A stretch of DNA of 32,049 nucleotides, taken from positions 1 through 32,049 of the forward strand of contig MCFE01000834.1 of NCBI GenBank assembly GCA_002104905.1, read 5' to 3'. Of the stretch, positions 1 to 12,189 are shown piece after piece. A program made the position numbers and the translations under genes. This DNA comes from Basidiobolus meristosporus CBS 931.73. Taxonomy: Eukaryota > Fungi > Basidiobolomycota. A model generated the notes under the pieces. The model made no database searches and was not told the DNA's origin. It worked only from the letters and a program-made list of their open reading frames with translations. How positions within the stretch are numbered: the stretch's first letter is position 1; each line of letters begins with the position of its first letter.

Positions 1-38
1 GATTATAGCCTCTCTGATTAGTCAATGTAGGTTTCCCT

Positions 39-406
39 TGTTGAAATATTGGACTATTTGGTATCATTCAGCAGCCAAAAATTTACTTAACAATTCTGGA
101 CAAGTCTTGTTCATGCTAGGACTAACTTACAACCCTAACCTTGCTACTTTCTTCAGATGTTTGATCCTTTGATAATCCCCTGTAGGCAAGATCAAATTAA
201 TACTTTTACCCAGCACTATGTACTAACCATGAAACTGTTACAGATTACTCCAAGATGTTAAAAAACCCTCCTTTCTTAGTGTTACAGCTATAGTACTTCC
301 ACAAAGGTAGAAATACTGAGCCTCTTGAAGAGTCATCAACAGTTCAAATATTACCACTATTTCTTGATAAGTTCCTGATATCCAAATCACTTCTTAAGTT
401 GCAACA
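39..406 (+). repeat. Probable 5' LTR of the family B copia element (368 bp)
   Basis: Begins TGTTG at 39 and ends CAACA at 406, directly followed by a PBS-like sequence and gag. No second copy in the window confirms the left edge. Confidence 0.55.
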
Positions 407-418
407 GTTTATGAGCCC
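407..418 (+). other. Primer-binding site, family B (GTTTATGAGCCC; one mismatch to GGTTATGAGCCC)
   Basis: Immediately follows CAACA; complementary to the anticodon arm of initiator tRNA-Met (GGGCUCAUAACC). Confidence 0.65.
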
Positions 419-3400
419 CAATTGCCTCAAGTTATTCCAAAGATGACTTCTACCAGAAAAGAAAATAATACCAACATCTTCCATGTAAAGGAGTGGTTTG
501 ATGGGAAGAACTACAGACTTTGGAGAATTAAGATGCAGATCCACCTTGAGAAAGGAAAGCTTTGGAATAGAGTAACAGGAAAAGAAGCTAAGCCCAAAGA
601 AACAGCAGAAGAAGTGCAATGGTTTTGAGAGAAGAGAAAGGCCTTCAATGACATATGAATCACTGTGCAAAGCCATTATCAAGCAAGCTTTATTTAAAAC
701 AAAAGTTTTTTAGCATGATGAAGAAGCTAGATGATGATATTCTAGAACTTATTACCATTATGGGGACACTTGCAAAAGGGCTTTCCAACATCAATGCTGG
801 TTTAGATGAAGAAGAGAAAATACTCTGTCTGCATTGCAGCCTACCAGACAAGTATAAGCCACTCATACTTTCTTTTAAAGGCAAACAAGACAATTGGACT
901 TTAGACTATGTCAAAGGAAAGCCTTCCATGAGTAACTCAGATGCAATGATCAAGCACCAAAGATTGAAGACAATGCTTTATTCAACTCCGAAAGGCACCA
1001 AGATATGAAGGGAACACAGTAAAACCAAAGAAAACCTGGGTGCTGTAGCAATTGTAAGAAGCCAAGACACTAGGCAAGAGAACACAAGAAGAAACAAGCA
1101 GACAAAAAACAGAAACTGGAGTAGTCAAACAATGTAACTACTGATGAACAGCTATTTGTAACTGTAAAAGAGAGTGCAGGTAACTAAGGTAATGAATAGT
1201 ATATTGACTCTGGAGCATCACAGTACATTTGTGGTATAAAGGATGGCTAAGCAACTGAAAGACTATTCTGATGGGTAAGGCTAATCTTGGAGACAACTCT
1301 GCACTAGAAGCTACTGCTAGTGGGTCTATACAACTATGTATGAGTGATATCTCAGGGGCTACAATCGCAAAGCTAACTGATGTACCCAACTTACCTGGAG
1401 TAACTAAAAACCTACTCTCAATCAGTAAAGCAACTGCTCAGGGACTGGAATATTTTTTACTAAGCTGAGCTGCTCAAAATTTAGTGAATATGGACAAAAA
1501 TTAACTTAGGGAATCAGAGATCACAGTATATACATGTTAAAATGCAAGATCATTGTTCCTGAGTATGTCACATTGCTGAAACTGATGAGCTTAACTGGGA
1601 GACATGATGCAGGAGACCAGGACACATTGGGAACAGAAAATAAGCCAATTGGTGATAAATCAGCTTGTTTAAAGACTAACTTACTTAAATCCATTGAAAT
1701 TGCGTGTCTATACCAGATATTCATATGCTAATAAGTTATAAAGCATTTTAGGAGCTGAGGAGGCATTGATACCATCAAAATAATGGCTATTGTACACTCA
1801 CATATATGACTCCATGAGAAGACTGTCCTTTGGAGCCAAGAAACACTTCACATCATCAATTGATGAGAAGACAAGATATACATGGGTTTTATTCCTTGAG
1901 ACAAAGAATGGGGCTTAACAGACATTCAAGTATCTCACAAGTATGACAGAAACACAAGCTGGGTGTGAATTGAAGCTACTACAAAGTGACAATGGAAAGG
2001 ATACATCAAAAAGAAGTTTGCAAAATTCTGCTCATCTACTGGTATACATCAACAGACTACTGTTCCACACACTTTACCAGACAGTGGAGCAGCAGATGAT
2101 GCAACTAGAACAATGGTTGAGATGGAAAGATCTATGTTATATGATAAGGGAATGCAATGAAAGTTCTGGGCTGAACTTGCTACTACAGCCATATACAGCA
2201 CAAATAGACACCCAATAGCAGCACTACATGTTTCTACACATTTTGAAGCATACACAGGGAGAAAAACAAACCTGCAGCATCTCAAGATCATTGGCTGTGA
2301 TGTCTTTTATCAAATCCCTAACAAAAAAAACTCAAATTTGCAACCAATAAGCAGATATGGGATCTTTCTTGGGTATTGCAAGGATACTAAAGGATATCAA
2401 GTACATGATGGCAAAATTCAGAAGCTGATCAAGAGCAGGGGGGAATTCAGATCAGAAAGCCATTGAAAACATTGCCCAACTGTCTGATGATGCAATCAAC
2501 ACTAATGAAGAATATATGTACTAATTCAGCCAGATACAGAAGATGATTCTACCATTCTCAGGTCAGAGCAGATTATCCTAGTTAGGAGATCTGCCAGAAT
2601 AGGATATGTCCCTGGATCCTGGTGGCAGATATCCAATGATCATGAAAAAGCTTATCTTGCCTTATGTGCTACACCTCAGAATCTGGAACAGGCAATGCAA
2701 AGTCTAAATACCACTATGTGGCAAAATGCCATGCAAGAGTAGTACCAATCACTGATCAAGGCAGAGATGTGGCAACTGGTAAATTAACCAAATGAGAGAA
2801 AGCCAATAGGATGTAGATGGGTTTCCAAGATCAAGATAACCTCAAATGGTAGAGTTGGTAAGTACAAGGCTAGACTGATGGCTGAAGGCTATCCCCAGAT
2901 CCAGGGACTAGACTTTAGGGAAACATTTGCTCCAGTTGCCTAGTTAATCACTATTAGGACAATTCTAGTCATGGCTGCTGTACACAATATAGATCTACAC
3001 AAAATGCACATTGAAACTGCCATTCTAAATGATGATTTGCAAGAAACTATATATATGGAGTAACCAGAGGTTTTACCAATCCAAAAGCCTCCATGATGTG
3101 TACAGACTCAGGAAATTGCTGTATGGGCTCTAAGTAGACACCTAGAGCATGGTATAATATGATTGACATATATGGCGAGGAAATTGGCTTCACTTGTAGC
3201 ACGGTAGTTCACAGTATATATGTGAAGCAGCTCAAAAAAGGTGTAAACAACCTAGTTCTTTATGTGTCCTACCTGATAATAGCTACAAGTGATTAGGAGG
3301 CACTTAAACCAACAGAATCAGATCTCTTCAGCAAGTTGGCAATGAAACATCTTGGAAAATTGAGCTATTTTCCAGGAATTGAAGTCAAATTTGACATACC

Positions 3401-3520
3401 TAGGCAGAAAATAGTGCTCAGTCAGTCCAGGTACATCACAGACACTCTTAGACTCTTAAAATTGTAAAGTGCAAACCTGCAGCTACCCTTATGGACAATA
3501 ACCTGAGATTGTGCAAAACA

Positions 3521-4490
3521 CAGGTCCTGTCCATTGTGGCTCAAACTTCTTCCAAGTATTGTTTCTCATCAATACAAAGATCCCAACTGTCAATGATTCT
3601 GGTGATATAGTCTTATCAAATCTCTGCTTCATCTTATCTGCACTTTGAGATACTTTGGCCTGTACCTCTTGACGTGTTTGTTCCAGCTGCTGGTGTCTAC
3701 TTGGCTGACTGAGTTCATATTCTAAGGCATCTGTAAGCTTTGGTTGAGTGTGATCTCCTGGAATCCTTGGTTCACATCCATACACTAAGTAAAATTGTGA
3801 TTGTTGGGTGGTGTTGTATACTCCAACTCAGCATGCAAAGATTGCTTGGTCTATATACTCATCCCATCCACTGACAGCTCCATTTGCATGTTTGGTCAGC
3901 ATTTCTCCAAGTTATCCATTAAACTACTCAATGACTATATTAGTTCCAGGGTGATATGCTGAGGTTTGCAAGTGTTTGATCTGCTGCATTTCATATAAGC
4001 TTCACTGTCTTTGCCATAAAGTTTGCTCCTTAATTGGATAAAATCTATACAGGGCATCAAAACTTCATCAGGATCTCAAGGAAGACAAAACTTGCAACTT
4101 CTTGCTCACTGACCAGAGGTACTGCTTTAGCCACTGGCCATTTGGTGGCATGGTCAATAGCTACTGAAATCTAACAATAGCATTCCAATATGGTTAGCAG
4201 TCTTCCAGTGAAGTAAATTTACCATCTTTCAAATGGTCTTACAGGCTCCAAGGGAAAGTGTTTGGCAATTCACTGTGGTTGGCCTTGGTTAATTTGGCAA
4301 TTTGGGCATATTTTTACTGGCTTTTCAATATCTTCTTTCATTCTGGGCCACCATGCTCTGACTTTCACCAGGCTATAGGTTCCTTCAATTCCAGGATGTC
4401 CATATCCATTGTGTAGCTCATGTATCAAATCTGGACAAGCAACACCAGGGCAATAGGCAATAGGGCTTTCTCTTGTATGATTATAGGGGG
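3521..4490 (-). pseudogene. Ty3/gypsy integrase relic (H2C2 zinc finger, rve core, C-terminal region)
   Basis: ELHNGYGHPGIEGTYSLVKVRAWWPRMKEDIEKPVKICPNCQ (H2C2); AIDHATKWPVA..EVASFVFLEI (core, with stops); YGCEPRIPGD..KKFEPQWTGP (C-terminal). No LTRs; both ends are junctions with copia DNA, so edges are approximate. Confidence 0.85.
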
Positions 4491-4657
4491 GTAGTCTTCT
4501 CCCATAGCAATATCTCAAAGGCCTCTTTCTTGCAGCAGCATTCTGATTGTCACCTTTGACACTGAGCTGTTGGATCTACTCATCTTTTCAGCAAAGAGAA
4601 AGTTTCAGTATTGCAATGATAAATTTTGCAGAGACTGACAGAGTGGGGCGTATAACC
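4490..4657 (-). pseudogene. Family A copia gag 5' stub with degenerate PBS (GGTTATACGCCC, 4646-4657)
   Basis: Minus strand reads MLLQERGL*DIAMGE, homologous to the intact MLLQERGLWDIVMGE; it lies directly against the LTR at 4658. Confidence 0.75.
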
Positions 4658-5004
4658 TGTTGCAAGTGTCTTGCAGGTATTAGAATTAATTGGTAGGACA
4701 AGTAGATTATGTGTTATTCACTCAATGATTAATTGAATGTAAAAGTAGTATTTATACTTTGCATTGTGTTGGCATTATATACACATGGAATAGATGTAGG
4801 AGGTCCCAAGAACATGTGCGCAAAGTTTGAGACTGCCTGGACAACTTTGAGACTTTTCATGTTTTGGGTACCTGATATTATGATGAAAATATTCTAAGTA
4901 AATCCCAACAAGGAATTTGGTCAGTATTCTCTAGGATTTGCATGTAATGATCTAAGTGACTAAGCTAAGTGAATACTTTGGTGGAGTTGCAAATTTTTAC
5001 AACA
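4658..5004 (-). repeat. Family A LTR (347 bp), flanked by a PPT on one side and PBS/gag on the other
   Basis: TGTTGCAAG..TTTACAACA; colinear with the intact LTRs. Confidence 0.9.
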
Positions 5005-5423
5005 CTCCTACTAAAATAATGTTCATACTGACTAGTTCTAATTTTGACCTAAGATATTCAAACTTGTCTCTTGCTAATAGTCTGATTGATATGTCTGTAA
5101 TCATTTCATATGTAGGATAGTCAGCAAAGTTAACTAAGCTGTTCACTATAGCTTTATATAGGAAATGGTGTCTAATATTGATATGATCAGCTCTAGCATG
5201 AGAAGTTGGATTTTTACCTAATTATATACATCCATGATTTTCTTGCAATAGAGTAATAGGTGTTGCTGACATAAGCCTAAATCTTTAAAAAGCCTCATTA
5301 ACCATATTGCTTTTGAAGCTTCACATGCTGCCATATACTCTGCCACTGTGGTAGAAAGTACTTCAATTGGTTACTCTCTTAAATTCCATGAATTTGCTCC
5401 TTTACAGTAAAGAAAGGTGTATC

Positions 5424-5772
5424 TGTTGCAATATTCTGAGGTGTTTATGAAGTGATGTGGAGAACTAGAGCATTTACATGTTGTTCACTTGTAGATTTAT
5501 TGATCATTAGTATGGTATTTATACTTTGGATAAAGTAGATCAAACAAATGTGTAGAGCTTGCTAAGAAAGGTCCCAAGAATATGTGCACAAAGTTTGGGG
5601 GCTCTTGGACAGCTTTGAGAAAGATCATTATGTGAGTACCTGATAATTTGGTGAAGATATTCTAAGTAAATCCCAAAAAGAAATTTGATTGGGACAGAAT
5701 GCTAATCAAAGAATAAGATTGATGTGGCCAAGTTAGCATGAATATTTTGGTTACAACCTAATACTTACAGCA
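5424..5772 (-). repeat. Diverged family A-related solo LTR (349 bp) with 5-bp TSD GTATC
   Basis: TGTTGCAA..TACAGCA, with GTATC at 5419-5423 and 5773-5777. Removing it restores AAGAAAGGTGTATCC(A/T)GTGGTGGATC of the RNase H region. Confidence 0.85.
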
Positions 5773-8690
5773 GTATCCAGTGGTGGATCTTTTGGCTTCC
5801 AAATTCTGTCCCCAATCAGCAGTCTTATTAGTAACTATAATAAGATCATCAACATATAGAGCTAATAGAGCTGTACTTGCTCTATCTGGCTCATAGTGTA
5901 TACTGTAGTCAGCATTACTCTGTTTGAAACTCAAAGATCCCAAATAAAAATCTATTTTTCAATTCCAGGCTCTTTGTAATTGTTTGACTCCATGTGGAGA
6001 CTTTTTAAGCTTGCAGACCAAACAGGGATCATCTTGATCAGCAAACCCATCAGGCTGGCTCATATACATGTCCTCATCAAGTCCTCCATTTAAAAATGCA
6101 GTTTTTACATCCTTTGGATGAATAAACAATTTATTTATGGCTGCAATTGCTAATATTAATCTAATGAAATTAAACTTGGCTTTCAGTGCAAAGGTCTCAG
6201 TATAGTCAGGTCTGTTTGTTTGAGAGTATCCTTTGGCCACAAGTCTTGCTGTGTATCTTTCAACTGTACCACCAGCCTTGTATTTTGTCTTAAGGACCCA
6301 TCTGCATTCAATTGATCATTGGTTGATTGGTAGTTTGACCAAGTCCCAAGTTTGATTTTCCATCAGGGCCTGACATTCCTCAGTAATTGCAGATCTCCAA
6401 AACTTTGTCTGAGGGCTATTTAGGGCCTCTTTAACAGCCTAGGGCTCATCTGGCTGAGCCACTGTTCTAGAGTCATCTGGAATGAAAAAATTCTCATTGT
6501 TTTGCTCTATTCAATCCTGACAAGAGATGGACTGGAGTTCAGATTTTCATCATTATATGACGTCATTTTTTGTAAAATTTTTGAATTTTTGTCAAATGAC
6601 ACATCCCTGGACTTGCTTAGCTTCTTTGATCTTGTACAGTAGAGTCTGTATGCTTTACTCTCCTTGCAGTAGCTCAAAAATATGCATTTTAGACTTTTTA
6701 GCTCAAATTTTGACTGATTTCTTGGCAGTTTCTTAGCATATGCTATACACCCAAGTGTTCTTATATGTTCTGCACCTGACCTGTATCCATACCATGCTTA
6801 AAATAGAGTAGAATCACGTAGTACACCGTCATAACTCATTTTCAAAGGTATACAGCAGTGGCAACTGATTCTGCTCAAACATCATAGGATATTTTTTGAT
6901 CATAGATCATGAATCCTGCCATAACAATATTTGATCTGTTTGCACATTCTGCTGCTACACTTGGCTGTGTGGAGTATTCTCCTGCTTTATTCTATGAGCG
7001 TTGCATAAGTGGATGTAGAGTTTTGAGGTATATTCTGCACCATTACCAGAGCCTATTTTCTTGATTTTTTCACCAGTCTCTCTTTCAACCATGACTGTGA
7101 GCTCCCTGAACTTAGAAAGAGCTTCTTCATTTCTCTACATGAAGTAGACCAACTTGTATCTTGTATAATCATCATTAAAAGTGATCATACTGCATCCTGC
7201 CTAATAATAAATTTTGCATAGGATCACATATATGTGAGCAAACCAAATCTAATTTTTCTTATTTTTGATTAGCCCAGATCTCTTGAATGGTTGTCTGGCA
7301 TGTTTCCCAAATATGCAGGCTTCACTGTGCTCTGTATTAGCTGGGGGATCAACTTACTCCCAAAACTAGCTGATCTTTGAATGTATTGCACAAATAATCA
7401 AAATTGATGTACCCAAATCTCCCATGCCAAAGTATTGGTGTTTCTTCATTCAAGTTACTTATAATGGCTTCCAGATATGATGGAATATTAGTCAACTTAT
7501 ACTGATTCTGATCTCTGATGCTCAAAGCAATATGTGCACCATTTGGATCAGTGATCCTGCATCCAAAATAGTTAAAGCCAAAACTGAGTCCTTCTGCTGC
7601 ATCCTTGCTTACAGTTAGTAAGTACCTGGTTATTTCTGGTACATAGAAAACTTCCTCAAAGGTCAATGTATGACTTCATTCTCTGCTTCAAAGGTCAACT
7701 GGGACAGTTCCTTCTCCCACTGCTTCAATTGCTCTCTTCTCACCCATGAAAGCCTTCATAGTTGGAAATTCTTGACATTGGATTAAAAGTTCTTTTTGGT
7801 GTATGAATTGTTGAGATGCTCCAGAATCTGTTTACCTTGTCTGAGAATCCTTGCTTATGGTCATATTCAGTACAGATTTGAATCGTCTATCTTTAGTTGT
7901 TGCAGCATTTGTGTATTCAGGCTTTTTCTGCCAACTATCTCACTTTTTAAGCACCTGTCTGATGTGCATCCTTTCCTTTTGCAGTGGTTGCAAAACAGAC
8001 TCCTATTGCCTTTAAAAGGTCTTTGGTATTTTTTTTGCTGGTTATACTTGATTATTACAGCATTTTACTCTTTCATCTTATTGGAGTTGATGTTCCCATT
8101 TCTTCATCCAGGACCTTTGCATATACATAATTAGGATCAAATCTTATATTCTGAACTCTAAGGCTGCTACTAGGCCTTGAAATCTATCTTTCAGGCTATT
8201 CAGGATGGTTACTAACACCTGCTGATCAGTAGTTGTTACAGCAGCAGATCAGATCTACACACAGGGTTATTCTGTAAATTAGATTTTTCACTTCTTCTCC
8301 TGCCAGCATCTTGGTAGTAAAGAATCTTTGTCTAAGTTACATTTTATTGGCAGCTGAACATGACTGGTAGGTGTTGTCTGATGCCTTCCAGGCATTCTTT
8401 GCCATTTTTGCATGTGAGCATTGAATAAGCAATTTGTCTTCAATATTAAGGCAAATGCAGTTACTGGCTCTTTGTTCTTTCTTCTTATACTTAAGAATTC
8501 CTCTCCCATGCTCTTAGGAGGGTATTCTTATTCTATGACAATATCCCAAAGGCCTATCTCTTATAGGAGCATCTTCATTTTCACCTTTCACACCTGGTAG
8601 TTAGATCCATCCAGCTTTTCAGCAGAGGAAGAAATCTCAGTAATAGTGGTAGTAGACATTACAGAGAGTGACAGCTTGGGGCTCATAACC

Positions 8691-9039
8691 TGTTGTAAGG
8701 GTCTTGGAGATATTGGAAGTTGTTGAGAGAACAAGCTTATTATATGGTTTGCAGTTAATGATTTGTTAAATGCAAAATTGGTACTTATACTTTTACATGG
8801 TCTTGGCTCACCAAACATGTAAAATGGGTATTGGAAGATCCCAAAACCCTATGTGCAAAGTTTGAGGCTGTTTCAACAACTTTGAGAATTTTCATGTTCT
8901 GGGCACCTGATGTTATGGTGAAAATATTCTAGGTAACTCTCAACAAGGATTTTGGTCAGTACTCTCTGAGATTTGAAGGTAATGATCTAAGTGACTAACT
9001 TAGGTCAATATCTAGGTGGAATTACAAATTTTTACAACA
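8691..9039 (-). repeat. Family A LTR (5' LTR of the 4658-9039 element, 349 bp)
   Basis: TGTTGTAAGG..TTTACAACA with the PBS adjacent. Confidence 0.9.
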
Positions 9040-12000
9040 AGAATTACCCTGCTGGTGGAAGTGATGGAATCTGTGGGCTTACCAAATACTGATGAGGATA
9101 TGATAGTAATCATCCTGATTAGCCCAACAGAGAGGTATCTGGGTCTTGTGTCTACTCTAGAGTGCAGAACTGAAGATTTGACCTTAAACTAAATATATGG
9201 AAGGCTCCTTGATGAAGAATTAAGACAATTAAGTGCCAACAAGAAGGAAGAAGAAAATGCTTTAACATGCAATGAAGACCAACAAAAGAGATACTCAAGA
9301 CCTGTGAAAGGCAATAGCAACCTGTTTTGCAACTACAGCCAAAGGAAAAGACAAACATCAGACTGGTGCTGCAAAAAGTGACATAGTCAGTAGAAAAAGC
9401 CTGAATATGGAAATGATGCAAAAACTGAAGATAGACTACTCATATCTGCACTGAATATGACCACAAACAAGGATTCTCAGACATAGTTTACTGACTCTGG
9501 AGCATCTCAAAAACTTACACACCAAAAAGAAATTTTTACCTAATATCAAGAAATCCCAATTATCAAGGTTTTCATGGGTGACAAGAGAGCAATTGATGCA
9601 GTGGGAGAAGGAACTATCCAAGTTGACCTTAGATGCAGGGAAGGAAGGCATACATTGCCCTTAAAAGAAGTACTCTATGTACCAGAAACTGCTAAGAACC
9701 TACTAACTGTAAGCAAGGACACACCAGAAGGACTCAGTTTCAGCTCTAACTATTCTGGATGCAGGATCACTGATCCAAATGGTGCTCATATTACTTTGAG
9801 CATCAGAGATCAGAATCAGTATAAGTTGACTAATATTCCATCATATCTGGAAGCCATTATAAGTAACTTGAATGAAGAAACACCAATACTTTGGCATGGG
9901 AGATTTGGGTACATCAATTTTGATTATTTGTGCAATACATTCAAAGATCAGCTAGTTTTGGGAGTAAGTTGATCCCCCAGCTAATACAGAGCACAGTGAA
10001 GCCTGCATATTTGGGAAACATGCCAGACAACCATGGCAGATATGGACACATTAATTTTGATTATTTGTGCTAAACCATCAAAGATCAGCAAATTTCTGAA
10101 GTAAAATTGATCTGCCCAGCGTATTTGAAGCACAGTGAAGCCTGCATATATAGAAAACAAGCCAAGCATCTGTTCAAGAGCTCTGGGTTAGTCAAAACTA
10201 AGAAAAAATTTGATCTTATTCACTCAGGTCTGTGTAGACCTATTCAACATGTATCCTTAGGCAGGATGCAATATTGAATCACTTTTATTGATGTTTATAC
10301 AAGATTCATGTAGGCCTTCTTCATGGAGAGAAAGGAAGAAGCTCTGTCTAAGTTCAAGGAGTCTAAAGCCATGGTGGAAAGAGAAACTGGTGAAAAATCA
10401 GAAAAATACACTGTGACAATGGTGAAGAACATACCTCAAAACTCTCCATCCACTTCTGCAATGCTTGTAGGATAAAGCAAGAGACTACTGTACCATACTC
10501 CCCACAGCCAAATAGAGTAGCAGAACATGCTAAAAAAATCTATAATTAACATGGCAAGATCTATGATCCATGATCAAAAATTATCCAATGAATTTTGGGC
10601 AGAATCAGTTGCCACAGCTGTATACCTTAAAAGTAGGACTTATAATAGAATACTTTGTGATTCTACTGCATTCAGAGCATGGTATGGATACAGAACAAAT
10701 GCAGAACATCTAAGAATATTTGGGTGTAAAGCATATGCTAAGAAACTGCCCAGAAATCAGTCAAAATTTGAGCCAAAAGGTGTAAAATGCATATTTTTGA
10801 GCCCCTGCAATGAAAGTAAAGCATACAGACTCTACAATACTAAAGCAAAGAAGCTAATCAAGCTCAGGGATGTGTTACTTGTGAAAATTCAAAGATATTA
10901 CAAAAAATGATATCAGATGATGACAAAAGTTCAATTTTAAGTCTACCAATTGCAAGGTCTGAACCAGAGCAAGGCAGTACAGAATATTTCACTCCAGAGG
11001 ATGCTACAAGCATTTTTCAGCCTGAGATGGTGCCCATGAATATCCCATAAGTGATCATTCCAATATCAAATGCCCATAGATCCAACCAGACTAGAAACAG
11101 CCCTAATTACTATATCAAGGAGGGTACCAACTTAGCCTATGCCTATTCAGTGCATATTAATGAGCCCTAGGCTGTTAAAGAGGCCCTAAATAGCCCTCAG
11201 ACAAAGTTTTGGAGATCTGCAATTACTGAGGAATGTCAGGCCCTGATGGAAAATCAAACTTGGGACTTGGTCAAACTACCAATCAACCAATGATCAATTG
11301 AATGCAGATGGGTCCTTAAGACAAAATACAAGGCTGGTGGTACAGTTGAGAGATACAGAGCAAGACTTGTGGCCAAAGGATACTCTCAAACAAACAGACC
11401 TGACTATACTGAGACCTTTGCACTGGAAGCCAAGTTTAATTTCATCAGGTTAATATTGGCAATTGCAGCCAAATACAAGTATTTTATTCATCCAAAGGAT
11501 GTTAAAGCTGCTTTTTTGACTGGAGAACTTGATGAGGAAATGTATATGGACCAGCCTGACAGGTTTGTTGACCACAATGACCCCTGTTTGGTCTGCAAGC
11601 TTAAAAAGTCTCTGTATGGACTCAAACAATCACCAAGAGCCTGGAATTGCCAGATAGATTTTTATTTGGATTATCTGAGGCTCAAAAGGAGTAATGCTGA
11701 CTATAGTATATACTATAAGCCAGATAGAGCAAATCCAGTCCTATTAGCTCTATATATTGATGGTCTTATTACAGCTGCCAATAACCTCAAAACATTGCAA
11801 GGGGCTAAATCCAGCCTTTCTAACAAGCTCAAGATGTCCAATCTAGGAGAACTCAGTTACTACTTAGGGATAAAGTTCTCCATAGACCAAAGTACCAAAA
11901 CTTTCACCCTAAGCCAGTCCAAGTGTATCCAAGATATACCAAGGAAGTACTAAACTGAAGTCTGTAAACTGGCAGCTATCCCAATGGAGACAATCCTTAA

Positions 12001-12182
12001 CTTGGTCAAAACTCAACCAAATCAAGGGAGCTTGGTGCCATCTGAAAGCTCTGACTTTCCTTATCAATCTAGAATCAGCAGTCTGACTTATATCATGCTT
12101 GGAACATGTCCAGGTATCTCATATTCAGTGGGAGTTGTCAGCCAGCATAATCAGAACAATGAATCTGATCATATTGCAGCAT
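9040..12182 (+). mobile_element. Degenerate family A copia internal region (mid-gag to RT), plus strand, no LTRs
   Basis: Starts at RITLLVEVMESVG (gag); contains PR, pre-integrase, IN (MARSMIHDQKL, KFEPKGVKCIF) and RT (KKSLYGLKQSPRAW, LYIDGL). Interrupted on the left by the 8691-9039 LTR; truncated at HIAAF. Confidence 0.9.
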
Positions 12183-12189
12183 TTACCCT

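Larger units (their letters stand above)
39..3520 (+). mobile_element. Degenerate Ty1/copia LTR retrotransposon, family B (5' LTR, gag, PR, IN, RT; 3'-truncated)
   Basis: Fragmented frames give gag FDGKNYRLWRIKMQ (422-628), a CSNCKKPRH knuckle remnant (~1040-1070), protease YIDSGASQY (~1200-1225), integrase pieces, RT YKARL.AEGYPQIQGLDFRETFAPVA (~2860-2940) and CKPAATLMDNNL (~3470-3505). Many stops and frameshifts; sequence clearly differs from family A. Confidence 0.9.
4658..9039 (-). mobile_element. Degenerate two-LTR family A copia element with internal deletions and a nested solo LTR
   Basis: LTRs at 4658-5004 and 8691-9039; PPT remnant plus LVSMNI C-terminus at ~5005-5035; PBS GGTTATGAGCCC at 8679-8690; gag, IN and RT fragments homologous to the intact ORF, with stops. 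Confidence 0.9.
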
